Notes: a model not told the origin generated them from the sequence alone. Positions 21,101 to 30,683 are shown, numbered from the stretch's first letter. The stretch: DNA of 56,653 nucleotides from an uncultured virus (IMG/VR IMGVR_UViG_3300008448_000010) (IMGVR_UViG_3300008448_000010); one strand, 5' to 3'. Numbers and translations: made by a program.

Positions 21101-23536
21101 TACTATAGTATTTGCTGCTATTACGTCTGCTGCAAGTGCTGTTTGAGCAGTTGTTTGTGCAGGTTGATTAGTACCAGATGACATAGGAACTGGTAGCATC
21201 TGTGGATAAAAATCAGGTAATTTTGGAGTATCATATGTTCTTTTACCAATTAAACTTACAATAGTTTCTATTACACCACCAATAAACATTATAAATACAG
21301 TAAAATCAGAAAGAAGTTTATACTGTGGATGTTGATCTGGATCCTGAAAATTTTGATTTGAATAACCTGACATGTATCCATACAATTTTAATTCTGTTGT
21401 AGAAAGAAAAGGTGAACTGAACATTGTATCAGGTGAATGAAATGTAGTAAGATCTAATGGTATATTTTGAGCATAATTACCATTTCCTATATAGGGATCA
21501 TTATATCTATAATTATTATCTGCAGGATTAGAAGAAGTTGATATAGGTGTAATAGTGTTAAAAGGATAATTTGCATAAAGACCTGTTCTTCCTCTTGCAG
21601 CATTTCCTTTTATAGGATATGATCTAAAATTATTAATCATACCTTTAGCAATAATAGACTTACTGCCTTCTCTAGATCCTCTTAAAATTTCATATCCAAC
21701 TATTCCTGGAATATCATTTCCATCATTATCTTTTGGTGCAATAATATTTTCAAAAAAAACAGACATTAATCTGATTTGTGGATTATTAGCTTGAGTAGTA
21801 GTAGATGTACTTGGATTAAAATGTATAGTATTATTACTAAGACAATTGTCTGGGAATTTATGATGTCTTATTGGTAAGCCACATAAATCATAAACAGGAC
21901 TTGGAAAATTTTCTTTTCCTGTCCAACAATGAGCACTAGCATTCCAAATATAATCTTGGTTATCAGGATATATTTCAGTTGATTCCCAATAACCCATATC
22001 TCCAGTAGCTAATATAAGACCACCATCATCTAAAGTTGTACCAACTAATGCATTAGGAACTGATGTAGCTGTATTATATACTTCAAATACTTGATCATCT
22101 GCTGCTAATGAATTTCTATCAGTTAAAAGAGCTGTTTCAAGTAAACTAGAACCATTAGAAGGTACTGTATAAAATACAGGTGCTCTTCCAGGAATATGAT
22201 ATGAAGAAGATTTATCTCCTGTATCATAAACCCATCTAATAAAAAAAGTATATACTTCATCTCTTAGGTAAGATCCTTTACCTCCACCTTTAACATAATA
22301 GTTTCCTGGATATTCAACTGAAGCCCACTTAGCTAAAATTAAATTTGCTAATGGCTGATAATTAAAATCAAATTTAGATGTAGGTCCTACACGGAGTAAA
22401 TAACTATTTACTTCAGCTATTTGATTTGACTTTTCAAATATAGGTGTTTGAATGGGTAGTTGTTCAACTGGAACAGAAATTAAATCTTCTCTAAGTTGAT
22501 CTAATTCAATTCTAGTTGTTTTAGTTGAATAGGTACCAACTTGTTTTGCAACAGTACCTTGATTTATATTTTGTACTATAACAAGAATAAATTCATCAAA
22601 GTTTACATCATCAGCTTCTACAGTAATTGTTAGTGAACATGATAAATCATTAACAGACCATAAAGGTTGTGTGTTACTAGCAGAAAAATAATCTGTAACT
22701 TTTTGACCCTTAATAGTATAAGCTATTGTTGCATAGTAAGTACCATTTCTTAATGTACCGCCAGCTTCACCTTTCTGAACTTTAAGACATGGAGTTTCCA
22801 TTAATCTTGCTAGTCTAATTTTATCACAATCTAAAACATTGAAGTCATCACAAGTAATACAACCTGCTACTGGATGACCTGCTGGCCAAACACCTGGTGA
22901 TGTTTGTGTAGTATTACTTGAGTCTGTACATAACTTTTGCCACCTTACTCCGGGCCATAAAAATGTTGTGTTAGTACCATTACTATAATAGTTCATATTT
23001 GGAGCAAGTCCAACCCATACATAATTACTTGTAGGCCAAGTTTGAGGATCTCCAACATTTAAATATCTATCTGGATTTAATCCATCTGCCCAATATGCTT
23101 GCCATGTACAATCTTCTTTTTCTCTTGATACACCAGAAATAAGATATCTTTTATCAAAACCTAAACATGCATCTTGTACAATAGGTCTATAAGTACAAGA
23201 GTTTTCTTCTAATAATCCAATTTCAGACATTTTAGATTGACCTTGGGAATTATGACCTGCAGTATATACTAGCCATTTATCTGAAAACAATTGTATAGCA
23301 CCTATAATATATTTATCTACAATACTTGCGGGCATAGTTGCTCCAGTAATTGCACATAAAAAGTTAGATGTTTCATTTGATATTGCACCTAAGTCACCTT
23401 CTACAGTATTATTAACAGCATTACGGGCATGAGTCCACATACCATCTTGTACAAATGAAGGATCAGAATCTTTGTTCAGTCCTTTTGTAAAACTGTGATT
23501 AATATTTTGAGAAGTATCTTGTAAATTCTTTGCCAT
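18107..23536 (-). CDS. Tail stabilization / muzzle protein (P22 gp10-like, crAss-type; 1809 aa)
   Basis: N-terminal FTKGLNKDSDP...HARNA, FFGGDTFINRY and C-terminal WTLSYDP...WISFHDWHP motifs; follows two ring-protein genes. Confidence 0.8.
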   Translation of the reverse strand: MAKNLQDTSQNINHSFTKGLNKDSDPSFVQDGMWTHARNAVNNTVEGDLGAISNETSNFLCAITGATMPASIVDKYIIGAIQLFSDKWLVYTAGHNSQGQSKMSEIGLLEENSCTYRPIVQDACLGFDKRYLISGVSREKEDCTWQAYWADGLNPDRYLNVGDPQTWPTSNYVWVGLAPNMNYYSNGTNTTFLWPGVRWQKLCTDSSNTTQTSPGVWPAGHPVAGCITCDDFNVLDCDKIRLARLMETPCLKVQKGEAGGTLRNGTYYATIAYTIKGQKVTDYFSASNTQPLWSVNDLSCSLTITVEADDVNFDEFILVIVQNINQGTVAKQVGTYSTKTTRIELDQLREDLISVPVEQLPIQTPIFEKSNQIAEVNSYLLRVGPTSKFDFNYQPLANLILAKWASVEYPGNYYVKGGGKGSYLRDEVYTFFIRWVYDTGDKSSSYHIPGRAPVFYTVPSNGSSLLETALLTDRNSLAADDQVFEVYNTATSVPNALVGTTLDDGGLILATGDMGYWESTEIYPDNQDYIWNASAHCWTGKENFPSPVYDLCGLPIRHHKFPDNCLSNNTIHFNPSTSTTTQANNPQIRLMSVFFENIIAPKDNDGNDIPGIVGYEILRGSREGSKSIIAKGMINNFRSYPIKGNAARGRTGLYANYPFNTITPISTSSNPADNNYRYNDPYIGNGNYAQNIPLDLTTFHSPDTMFSSPFLSTTELKLYGYMSGYSNQNFQDPDQHPQYKLLSDFTVFIMFIGGVIETIVSLIGKRTYDTPKLPDFYPQMLPVPMSSGTNQPAQTTAQTALAADVIAANTIVTSYYSTGGYLIDAVGIALGGYETTGQAVFNDAVRLANNAAALVPTTGVVPLPTLTGSQELPGYAYLPIGLRTIGFLEASIFYFSEGANVTLEFLYGIIPYRQYAMQSLAYGFYSNMTTENLATDTVRFKIDESFYIRDTIQEVPRYQSSAGTFFSYNINNLKRSDTVTLRTVDGTGALNGPKLLNIDKSLVTMGNIQQNLGTYPWLPGALPDFDDINIPFSLPIASHYGGIKVRLRNQYGQLQSIKQIPISPCEQKIGTVGNNFTPITTSITCPGIITNPNSTLILNTLQRTPVFFGGDTFINRYTEKNTMFYFFDWLYGQPDGFEYNYYLHSMIPNPRFRVNSIRYDVSNLVPTNWINPTPGTGAGPSNFYKLDWDGYDYADDDPGFYGAAIKLSVKEAKFYLANSSVKDYFVESDVLIDFRTQGDTEGEKHYDPYRYTNLPSMFNMNPDIITRGNVYRYDYSLSISKAYTQYFSQGNLQSRYYDPNVAKLCYTYLPDRLYYSLPQQNESFKDSWFVYLPNNYNEFKSQISGVKSINKSGIFITFLNDSPLMFQGVDTLQTDLGTKVTIGDGGLFSQPGQSVSNADKPYEYGSSQNRLGVISTPAGLFYMSENQAKIFNYAGGLKEISQIGLKWWFSIFLPYKLTVDFPNYPWQDNPVAGIGCQSLYDNTNSIIYFSKKDYQLKEELKNQVGYVSLITTGKDKGKGDYFTLNGTGRYLIGDPRLFDDASWTLSYDPKNNFWISFHDWHPDLNLPTKTTFLTTKKNTIWKHNYACDSYCNYYGQDHPFEVEVPIITGETVTTVKSVQYALECYKRSNVNCVDQFQVLDFNFDKAVVFNAEQVSGYLNLNIFPKNNITLSLQYPKPNPFILVEPNVQPLPGFEILFSKEENKYRFNQFWDITKDRGEFPIGSGYPPQGTLIPGTTELFGNYPQQFLWDTQPNGYIKTLNPNNMDINKPFLQRKKFRHYLNFLHLRRDVSSNINMILKLTSTKNQLSPR

Positions 23537-23538
23537 AA

Positions 23539-24594
23539 TTATCTTACTACTCTTGTTGCATTAGGATTTTGTCTATATGTATTTGCTGGTGCATGTGAAT
23601 TAAACATATCATAATATTTAGAATACTGTGCTCTTCTGTTTTTCCACCAAAGATCATATAGTTCTTTAAAGTTTGGAGTATTAACTAAACTAAGTGCTTG
23701 ATTTCTAGCAGCTTTTAATCTACCTTCAATAAGACTTAATCTTTGAGCAACATCTTCACCATTAAGATATAAGTTTTCCATGATTCTTGCTTTCAGTGCA
23801 TACTCATAATACTCATTTAGTAAATCATGATCAGGTACTAATAACTGTCCTTGGTCATCTTCCATTTGACCTTGATAGTTTAAGTAAACTTTACCTTCAC
23901 TAAATGTAGTAAATAAAAATCCTCCTGTTATCCATCCTTCATTTATTGAATTTACATATAAACTAGGACAGTCACATTCAATACCTTGACTTGCTTTCAT
24001 TCTTAAAGGAAACATGTTTCTATAGATTCTTGTAGTCCCCTGATTTATAACTTGTATCAGTTCCCATTTTTCTCCCTTACAGTTCATAAAAACTCTTGGC
24101 CTTATGCAAGTATCTCCAGAAGGATTAAGTGGATCAAAAGACGTAGGAATAGTTGGTGTGGGGCATTCTGCAGGACATGTATTAGTTGGACATGCAGCAG
24201 TATGATTACATGGATTAGAATTACATGTAGAACAGTTAATTGTAGGTGCTGCACATTGATTAACAGTAGCAGGAAATTCTCTATAGGGTACCTCTTGAAT
24301 ATTTGTACCACTAGCAAAACCATCATAACCTACAGCAAGTTCAAATTCATTACAAATTAAAGCTGAATTAAAGGTATAGAAGTCATCTGGTAGCTTTACT
24401 TTACCATGGCATACATCTAGTATAACTTCTTTTGTTTGGTTAAGTCTAAGGCCAAGATCATAGTTTACTTTTTTAGCTAACTTAATGAGCTGTTGTGGCT
24501 CAATCATGTTCTCTAAAGCAAAGCTGCTTAGATCAATAGTGACATCTTCCAGTAACTGGTCAAATGTTCTGTAACGTAGTGTATAATTAAACAT
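23539..24594 (-). CDS. Tail ring / tubular protein with Cys-rich insertion
   Basis: GKVKLPDDF and TFSEGKVYLNY...DDQGQLLVPD motifs of crAss ring (P22 gp4-like) proteins; directly upstream of the muzzle gene. Confidence 0.7.
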   Translation of the reverse strand: MFNYTLRYRTFDQLLEDVTIDLSSFALENMIEPQQLIKLAKKVNYDLGLRLNQTKEVILDVCHGKVKLPDDFYTFNSALICNEFELAVGYDGFASGTNIQEVPYREFPATVNQCAAPTINCSTCNSNPCNHTAACPTNTCPAECPTPTIPTSFDPLNPSGDTCIRPRVFMNCKGEKWELIQVINQGTTRIYRNMFPLRMKASQGIECDCPSLYVNSINEGWITGGFLFTTFSEGKVYLNYQGQMEDDQGQLLVPDHDLLNEYYEYALKARIMENLYLNGEDVAQRLSLIEGRLKAARNQALSLVNTPNFKELYDLWWKNRRAQYSKYYDMFNSHAPANTYRQNPNATRVVR

Positions 24595-25257
24595 TTATCT
24601 AAGTGTATTTTGACTATCATCAGGTCCATCAGATGGAACAGACAACATCATAGTTAATTCTTTTATTACAAATTGCTCTACTTCTGAGAATAAATATTCT
24701 GGCAAAGCAAAAGTTTGATCTTGAAATACTTGGCATTCTGTTGTATCACAGGTATCTAATGCACCTTCAAAGATTGCTTCTACTCTTATAGCTTCCCAAT
24801 CAATATTAGGACAATATAGATAACCATTAAGATACCAAAAGTATGGTCTCTTATTATATTTAAATGTTGTAGATTTAGTTATTGATACCCAAGTTCCTGG
24901 ATCTGTTCTAAACATTTCTATAGTTCCATCTATAGAAGATACAGTACGGAAAATAGGACCAAACATACCATCTAAAATAGTTGGTAGTTTTTCTTTAGAC
25001 CTTTTAAAATAACATTGTGAATAAACACCAAGACAGCCTGCTTCAACTTTATCTACATCTATTAATTCAATATAAGGAAGCACTTTAAAAATAGAACTCA
25101 TTTTCATAAGTCTATTTTGATTATCTTCTCTTTTAATTAAAGTCTTAGCATATTTAAGTAATGAAAAATATATTGTTCTGTCTGTTAAAAAAGGATCTTC
25201 TTTAACAGCCTTTAATACATTTCTTACTCTTGATATGGCTTCTCCTACTGTTGTCAT
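24595..25257 (-). CDS. Tail ring protein
   Basis: MTTVGEAISRVR...RSKEKLP...YFWYLNGYLY...IRVEAIFE; synteny IHF-like, ring, ring, muzzle. Confidence 0.65.
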   Translation of the reverse strand: MTTVGEAISRVRNVLKAVKEDPFLTDRTIYFSLLKYAKTLIKREDNQNRLMKMSSIFKVLPYIELIDVDKVEAGCLGVYSQCYFKRSKEKLPTILDGMFGPIFRTVSSIDGTIEMFRTDPGTWVSITKSTTFKYNKRPYFWYLNGYLYCPNIDWEAIRVEAIFEGALDTCDTTECQVFQDQTFALPEYLFSEVEQFVIKELTMMLSVPSDGPDDSQNTLR

Positions 25258-25844
25258 AAGTCAAATTCATTATAATTTTGCAATGTATTTGCAGTTTTTT
25301 TATTTTGTAAATCTTTATACACAGTTCTACTATATGCCCATTGTAATTTAATTTCAGGACTGACCTCTACATACATTTGCCAATTCTCAGGATAAGATTT
25401 TGCAACTGATCTTTTAAATTCTCTACAGGCTATAAAACTCCAAAATTCTCTATTCTTAATTTTATGTTTTAATGCATGATTTGAAAAAAATATTTTTGCT
25501 AACTTACCATCTGAATCCCAATTTTTATTTGTAACTCTAACTCCATACTTTAAAGATTTTGCATAATCAACATTTTCTTTTTTACTTTGCTGACATGTTC
25601 CAATAAATAACCATCCAATCTGTTCTGGTAATTGTACCCCATCTCTATTTTCAATTACTGTTTGAAATACAACTTGATTAAATTTCTTTATTATCTTTCT
25701 TAAGTCTTTATTATCAATTTCCTTATACTTTGGATACTTTTTTTTAAACAAATTAAAAAACTCTTTGCTTAGAACATTTTTTGTTTCTGGTCTAAATCTA
25801 GGAGCTGTAACATCTGGTTTTTTAAATTCTCTCATACTATACAT
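25254..25844 (-). CDS. IHF/HU-like DNA-binding protein (crAss-type); start may be the ATG at 25835
   Basis: Basic protein with helix pair followed by GVQLPEQIGWLFI; conserved position ahead of ring genes. Confidence 0.6.
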   Translation of the reverse strand: MYSMREFKKPDVTAPRFRPETKNVLSKEFFNLFKKKYPKYKEIDNKDLRKIIKKFNQVVFQTVIENRDGVQLPEQIGWLFIGTCQQSKKENVDYAKSLKYGVRVTNKNWDSDGKLAKIFFSNHALKHKIKNREFWSFIACREFKRSVAKSYPENWQMYVEVSPEIKLQWAYSRTVYKDLQNKKTANTLQNYNEFDL

Positions 25845-25876
25845 TTAATATACTAAAAATTACTGACATGAACAAA
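25845..25876 (-). promoter_or_regulatory. Putative promoter TTTG-N20-TATATTAA
   Basis: Boxes at 25873-25876 and 25845-25852, immediately downstream of a terminator. Confidence 0.6.
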
Positions 25877-25890
25877 TGTAAAGATAGTAT

Positions 25891-25920
25891 AAAAAACAAA
25901 ACCCCCACAAGTGCGGGGGT
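25891..25920 (-). terminator. Rho-independent terminator
   Basis: Minus strand ACCCCCGCACTTGTGGGGGT followed by TTTGTTTTTT. Confidence 0.85.
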
Positions 25921-25960
25921 ATTGTCTTGTTGCCACAGTAACCAACAAACTGTAACTTCT
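25891..25960 (-). ncRNA. Candidate 3'-UTR-derived small RNA: hairpin with loop UUGUUGGUU followed by terminator
   Basis: Stem GUUACAGU/ACUGUGGC (two G-U pairs, so it folds fully only on the minus strand); loop at 25940-25948. Confidence 0.35.
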
Positions 25961-25973
25961 TATAAAATTTTTA

Positions 25974-27635
25974 TTAACCTACTCTTCTAATAGCCCAATC
26001 TATATTATCACCACGACTAGGTGATTGAGTATAAGCCACACCTGTTAAATTTTGTATTCTTAATACTATTTGAGTTCCAGCAGATATAATTTTACCTTGT
26101 ATACCACCTGTCATATAAAGTTTATCATAGTAAAAATTTTGTACAGCAGTAAAAGTATCAGCACAATAAATAATTGCAGAACCTGTTATATCTGTTACAC
26201 CAATAGCAAAAGTTCCTCCTACTTGACCCCACCCATATGTATTTGCAGGTGAAGTTAAATATACATTATAATTAATATCATATTTGCCAGTTTGAGGACA
26301 TGTCCAAACCCCAGTAGTTTGATTATATTGTGAAGTAACATTTATTCCATCTTGTATTTGATATTCTATGATACCATTAGTAGTATTAAATATTACAATA
26401 TCACCTGTATCAATCTTTGAATTAGTTTTATTAAAAGTTTTAGAAGAAAAACTATTAGGACTTATATAACCTCTAAAAGCTGTACCAAATAAACCTGCAG
26501 TAGTTTGAATAACATTTCCAACTGCATCTGTAGATAAACTCCATGCAGGAGCACCTGTAAAATTATTAGGAGTACCATATTGATTTAATTGTAATTGTCC
26601 AGTACTTTTTAAAGTTAGTTGATCTACTGGATTTACAGTCATAGTTGGTTTACCTTGAATTACAAATTCAGAAGCCATTGAACTTTCACTTGTATTAAGA
26701 GTTTTTTTAGATATTATTCTATTTGTAATATATGCTTGACTATTTCCAGCTGTAATAGTATTTCCAAACTCTATTGATACTCCTGATCTAGAAGAACCAT
26801 TATCTGTACTTCCTAATCTTAAAGCAATTGAATTTGTTGTTCCAGCTGCAGAACTTGTTGAACTTTCAATATATACAGCAGGAACAGCATTTATTGGAGA
26901 TACTGAATTTTCTAAATTATTACGTCCTTTAGCTCCTATAGCTTGAGATCCTATTAATCCTGCTGACTGACATACAACGTCTACTACAGGTGCTAAAAAA
27001 CCAGTTGTAATAGATTTTGCAGAAATAGCTTGACAATTAGTTGCTGAAGGATTTATATCTAATGTAAAACCAGAAGCAGCAGTTCTTTGTAATGCTAATG
27101 CAGGTACTGTAGTACTATTTATATTTAAAGCAAATGTAGAATTGGTAATAGTTGTATTTTGAACTAAAGGACCTCCAAGTTGAATGTTATTTACAGTTTT
27201 TGTTAATCCATTATTTGCTGTTACTGTTGCTAAACTTGAAATTGCTGTACAAAAATATGCTACAATTTGTTGTAAAGCTGAATTAACACTAGAACCAGCT
27301 GTTACCACAGGAGTTACTCCACATGATATTAAGGGCACAGTTCCGTATGTAGTACAAAAATAAGCAACTAAGTCTTGTAATAATTCTGCCCATGTAGAAT
27401 CTGATGTTATAATTACAGTATTATTACAAGAAATATCTGGACCATTATATATAATACAATCTGAACTTAAAACTTCTTGACAAGGAATTGGATCCGGACA
27501 ACCTGCAGGAGTAGGACATGGAGGAGGACTAGTTAAAAAACTATCCTTGCATCCACATTTTGCACATTTGTTATTACAACTACTGTAGTTGTGATTACAA
27601 CTACTACAAGTGTTATTAGTATTATTACAGCTCAT
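25974..27635 (-). CDS. Tail fibre / receptor-binding protein with Cys-rich N-terminus and C1q-like C-terminal domain
   Basis: YNQTTGVWTCPQTGKYDINYNV fits the C1q signature; ANNGLT...IQLGGPL fibre motif; SSDCIIYNGPDISC head shared with the neighbouring gene. Confidence 0.65.
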   Translation of the reverse strand: MSCNNTNNTCSSCNHNYSSCNNKCAKCGCKDSFLTSPPPCPTPAGCPDPIPCQEVLSSDCIIYNGPDISCNNTVIITSDSTWAELLQDLVAYFCTTYGTVPLISCGVTPVVTAGSSVNSALQQIVAYFCTAISSLATVTANNGLTKTVNNIQLGGPLVQNTTITNSTFALNINSTTVPALALQRTAASGFTLDINPSATNCQAISAKSITTGFLAPVVDVVCQSAGLIGSQAIGAKGRNNLENSVSPINAVPAVYIESSTSSAAGTTNSIALRLGSTDNGSSRSGVSIEFGNTITAGNSQAYITNRIISKKTLNTSESSMASEFVIQGKPTMTVNPVDQLTLKSTGQLQLNQYGTPNNFTGAPAWSLSTDAVGNVIQTTAGLFGTAFRGYISPNSFSSKTFNKTNSKIDTGDIVIFNTTNGIIEYQIQDGINVTSQYNQTTGVWTCPQTGKYDINYNVYLTSPANTYGWGQVGGTFAIGVTDITGSAIIYCADTFTAVQNFYYDKLYMTGGIQGKIISAGTQIVLRIQNLTGVAYTQSPSRGDNIDWAIRRVG

Positions 27636-27646
27636 TATATTTTATT

Positions 27647-29365
27647 TTAAGGACATGGATTTGGTGTTGGAATTATAGTATCACATGGTGATATAAAAAC
27701 CATTAAGCCATCTAAAGAAGTACTAAAACCTCCTACTTCATCTTCATCATTAGCATTACATGCAAATGGATAAGTTCCCGCACTAGCTGTTAAAAAAGGT
27801 AATGTTAAAGGTACTAAAGCTCCATTAGGTGCTGAATGTAAAACATTTGTTCCTGCACTAAACTTAGGTACACTTTGACCATTATTAACATGAGAAATAA
27901 TCATATTTAAATGTGATGTATCATATGCATTATTACTAGTATTTATAGAACTTTGTTCAATACCTTTTACTAAACCAACAATTAACTTACCACCTGAATC
28001 AATTTCAACAGTCATTAAAGAACTTAACATTGTACTTGTATCTGTAGCAATTTGTATTACTCTATTAAAAATTTTCCATCCTGCCGTACAACCATCAATA
28101 GCATATCCGGTTGGAAGCACAGAAGTTGGAATTACAGAATCAGCACCAGCACCTGCATTTCTATTAAAAGTAATTGAACCATATGGCTGTAATATTACCC
28201 CTCCTGTACCAATAAATGGTTTTGTTTGAACACTGGTTTCATAACTAGCAATAGAATTTGTTTGTACCCACGGTAATACATTTGCTCCACTTCCTGATGT
28301 AGCTAATGGAATTACTAAAGTTCCTTTAAAGTGTAATACATTACCTATTCTTCTTACTTGTGGATATGTATAATTTGTTCCTGGTGATGAATTCATATAT
28401 GAACTAAAACCAAGTAAATTTACCCATCCTGTATCTTGTACTTTTGCTGATATTACACCACCTGCTGACTGTTCTAAATTAATAGTTGTTGTATCTGTAA
28501 CTGTTACATTAAAATTTGTAAGATAATCAAATATATCACATATAGAAATCCACATGTCTGTAAGTGTATCAGCTATTGTAGTAGGTGTACCTATCCAACT
28601 TCCAACATAAGCTGTTGCCATTGGAGTACCATATACTAATGAAGTTGAACTAGATGTAATACACTGACTTGCTACAGCAGTTTGTAATGCAGCAGGTAAA
28701 CCTAGTGCAGTTCTTAAAGCACAATAGCCATAAGTATTATCATTGATCAATGCACTAAGAACAAGATCTATTGCTATTGCAGCACCTCCAGCACCAATAA
28801 AAGGTCCTGGACTTGAGCTTTGTAAAGTACAGTCTACCGCTATTGTTGGCATAGTAAATGTTGGAGCAGTTGCATTTTCTAATACAGTTACTCTAACATC
28901 CAGTTCACTAATTTGATCTTGCAATTCTGTAATAGTTGTAAGTATGTTACATACTCTTTGACCAATCATATTTACATAGTCAATTAACTGCATGCTAGTA
29001 ATATTATTTACTATAAAACATGAAGCAACAGAAACTAAACAATCTGGACATCCTGTTGAAGATTTATTTCCAGAATTAGGATTACTTGCTATACCCTCTA
29101 ATGAACATATTTTTTCAATTAAAAATTGTATTAAAGCTTCAAATGTATTTGGTGGACATGATACTAAGTTAAAACAAGAAAGATCATAGTTTGTAATATC
29201 TAGTTGTTCCATTATAGTACAAAGTTCAGTTGCAAGATTTGCAACTACATCTGATACAGTATCTCCTGCACATAGTTTAATACAATGCAAATCAGGTCCT
29301 TGCCAAATAACACAGTTAGATGATATTGGACTACATGGAGAGTTATCGTAATTTAATGGTTTCAT
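27647..29365 (-). CDS. Tail fibre protein (Cys-rich head, coiled coil, beta-rich tip)
   Basis: SSNCVIWQGPDLHC; heptads ITELQDQISELDVRVTVLEN; DTGWVNL...VRRIGNVLHFKG fibre-tip motif. Confidence 0.65.
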   Translation of the reverse strand: MKPLNYDNSPCSPISSNCVIWQGPDLHCIKLCAGDTVSDVVANLATELCTIMEQLDITNYDLSCFNLVSCPPNTFEALIQFLIEKICSLEGIASNPNSGNKSSTGCPDCLVSVASCFIVNNITSMQLIDYVNMIGQRVCNILTTITELQDQISELDVRVTVLENATAPTFTMPTIAVDCTLQSSSPGPFIGAGGAAIAIDLVLSALINDNTYGYCALRTALGLPAALQTAVASQCITSSSTSLVYGTPMATAYVGSWIGTPTTIADTLTDMWISICDIFDYLTNFNVTVTDTTTINLEQSAGGVISAKVQDTGWVNLLGFSSYMNSSPGTNYTYPQVRRIGNVLHFKGTLVIPLATSGSGANVLPWVQTNSIASYETSVQTKPFIGTGGVILQPYGSITFNRNAGAGADSVIPTSVLPTGYAIDGCTAGWKIFNRVIQIATDTSTMLSSLMTVEIDSGGKLIVGLVKGIEQSSINTSNNAYDTSHLNMIISHVNNGQSVPKFSAGTNVLHSAPNGALVPLTLPFLTASAGTYPFACNANDEDEVGGFSTSLDGLMVFISPCDTIIPTPNPCP

Positions 29366-29380
29366 AAGTTTACTATTAAT

Positions 29381-29411
29381 ATAATATACAAAATTTTATT
29401 AAGACTTGCAA
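29381..29411 (-). promoter_or_regulatory. Putative promoter TTG-N20-TATATTAT
   Basis: Boxes at 29409-29411 and 29381-29388 in the intergenic gap. Confidence 0.5.
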
Positions 29412-29424
29412 CTATTGTTTATTA

Positions 29425-30669
29425 TTAACAAGGATTAGATGATATAGTTAAACCTACTTGTGAAAATTGTCTTTCATCACATATAAAACTTTTATTAGAA
29501 CTTCCACCTACTGTTGTTACATATTCAATAGAAGAAAGATCTACAAAATTTTTATTTGTTCCATCCCATGCCTCTATACCCATTTCTGATGCAACATTAT
29601 CAATTCTATTTGCATAACCAGTATTTGTAGACGTGCGCGCAGCAAAAACTAATCCTATAATTTTTCTAACTCCTCCAAAATCAGCAATTAATGCTGAACC
29701 TGAATCACCACCTATAATAGGATTAGGACATAAAACACTTAAACTAGGATCATTTTCAGGTTTAACAAATTCAAGTTGATCTTGAAAATTTACAGTAGTG
29801 TACGTACCTTGTTTTTTATATTGTATTGGAAAAGCAGAAAATATAGATTGTATTCTCATTGGACATGATGCACCACCTTTAGGACCTGTACTTCTTCCTG
29901 AACTATAAATCATAGGATTAGTTGTAAGTAAATTATTTATTTCTGCAGTAGTTGCAAAAGGTAAAGGATTAGTATATGCAACACCAGCTTGCATTACTGA
30001 AGATGATATTGTTCCTGTAGCTATATCACTTTGATTTATAGAAAAAATACCACAATCTACTTTATTATAGCCAGCTTGTTGTATAGGAACATATCTTAAT
30101 GATCTTCCAATTTCATAATTTAGTGGTGGAGGATAAAATTCTCCATTTTGATATACCTTATTTATTGGAAAATATTCATTTTGATATACTCCATTTATTA
30201 AACTTCTATCTGATGTATAAAAAGCATCTTGTATTAAAACGTGATTATTTGTTACACCAACTAAAGCTTGAGTATTAGTATCAACAGCAATAAAACCAAG
30301 TGTACCTACAAAACCAGGCAAATTAGATATTTGCATTGACAAACCTCCAACTAAGGGTCTTGTAAATGCTCTGTTTACTGCTGAGTTTGGACCCATAAAT
30401 TCACCACAATATGCATTACAAGCTAATAACTCTACTTTACCTGCTTCAAATACATCAGTTTTTAAAACTTGATCTTCTACTGTAATTGAATTAGGAATAA
30501 TTTCAGAATCTAAAAGTTCAGAAATTGGTTTTTTTTGGTCTACACCAAATCTAATACATAACTCATCTGTTTGAACATTTCCAACAAATTTATATCCATA
30601 TGAAATACTGTTTGCATTAAAAGCATTTTGTTCTGCTAATTCCTGAATTTTTAATTTAATATCTTCCAT
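29425..30669 (-). CDS. Trypsin-like (S1, Nal1-like) serine protease
   Basis: Triad motifs VTNNHV (His), KVDCGI (Asp), GGDSGS (Ser); also GTLG, GRSTG, IIGLVFA; N-terminal GYKF...TDELCIRFGV..KKP segment. Confidence 0.85.
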   Translation of the reverse strand: MEDIKLKIQELAEQNAFNANSISYGYKFVGNVQTDELCIRFGVDQKKPISELLDSEIIPNSITVEDQVLKTDVFEAGKVELLACNAYCGEFMGPNSAVNRAFTRPLVGGLSMQISNLPGFVGTLGFIAVDTNTQALVGVTNNHVLIQDAFYTSDRSLINGVYQNEYFPINKVYQNGEFYPPPLNYEIGRSLRYVPIQQAGYNKVDCGIFSINQSDIATGTISSSVMQAGVAYTNPLPFATTAEINNLLTTNPMIYSSGRSTGPKGGASCPMRIQSIFSAFPIQYKKQGTYTTVNFQDQLEFVKPENDPSLSVLCPNPIIGGDSGSALIADFGGVRKIIGLVFAARTSTNTGYANRIDNVASEMGIEAWDGTNKNFVDLSSIEYVTTVGGSSNKSFICDERQFSQVGLTISSNPC

Positions 30670-30683
30670 TTTTATTATTTAAA

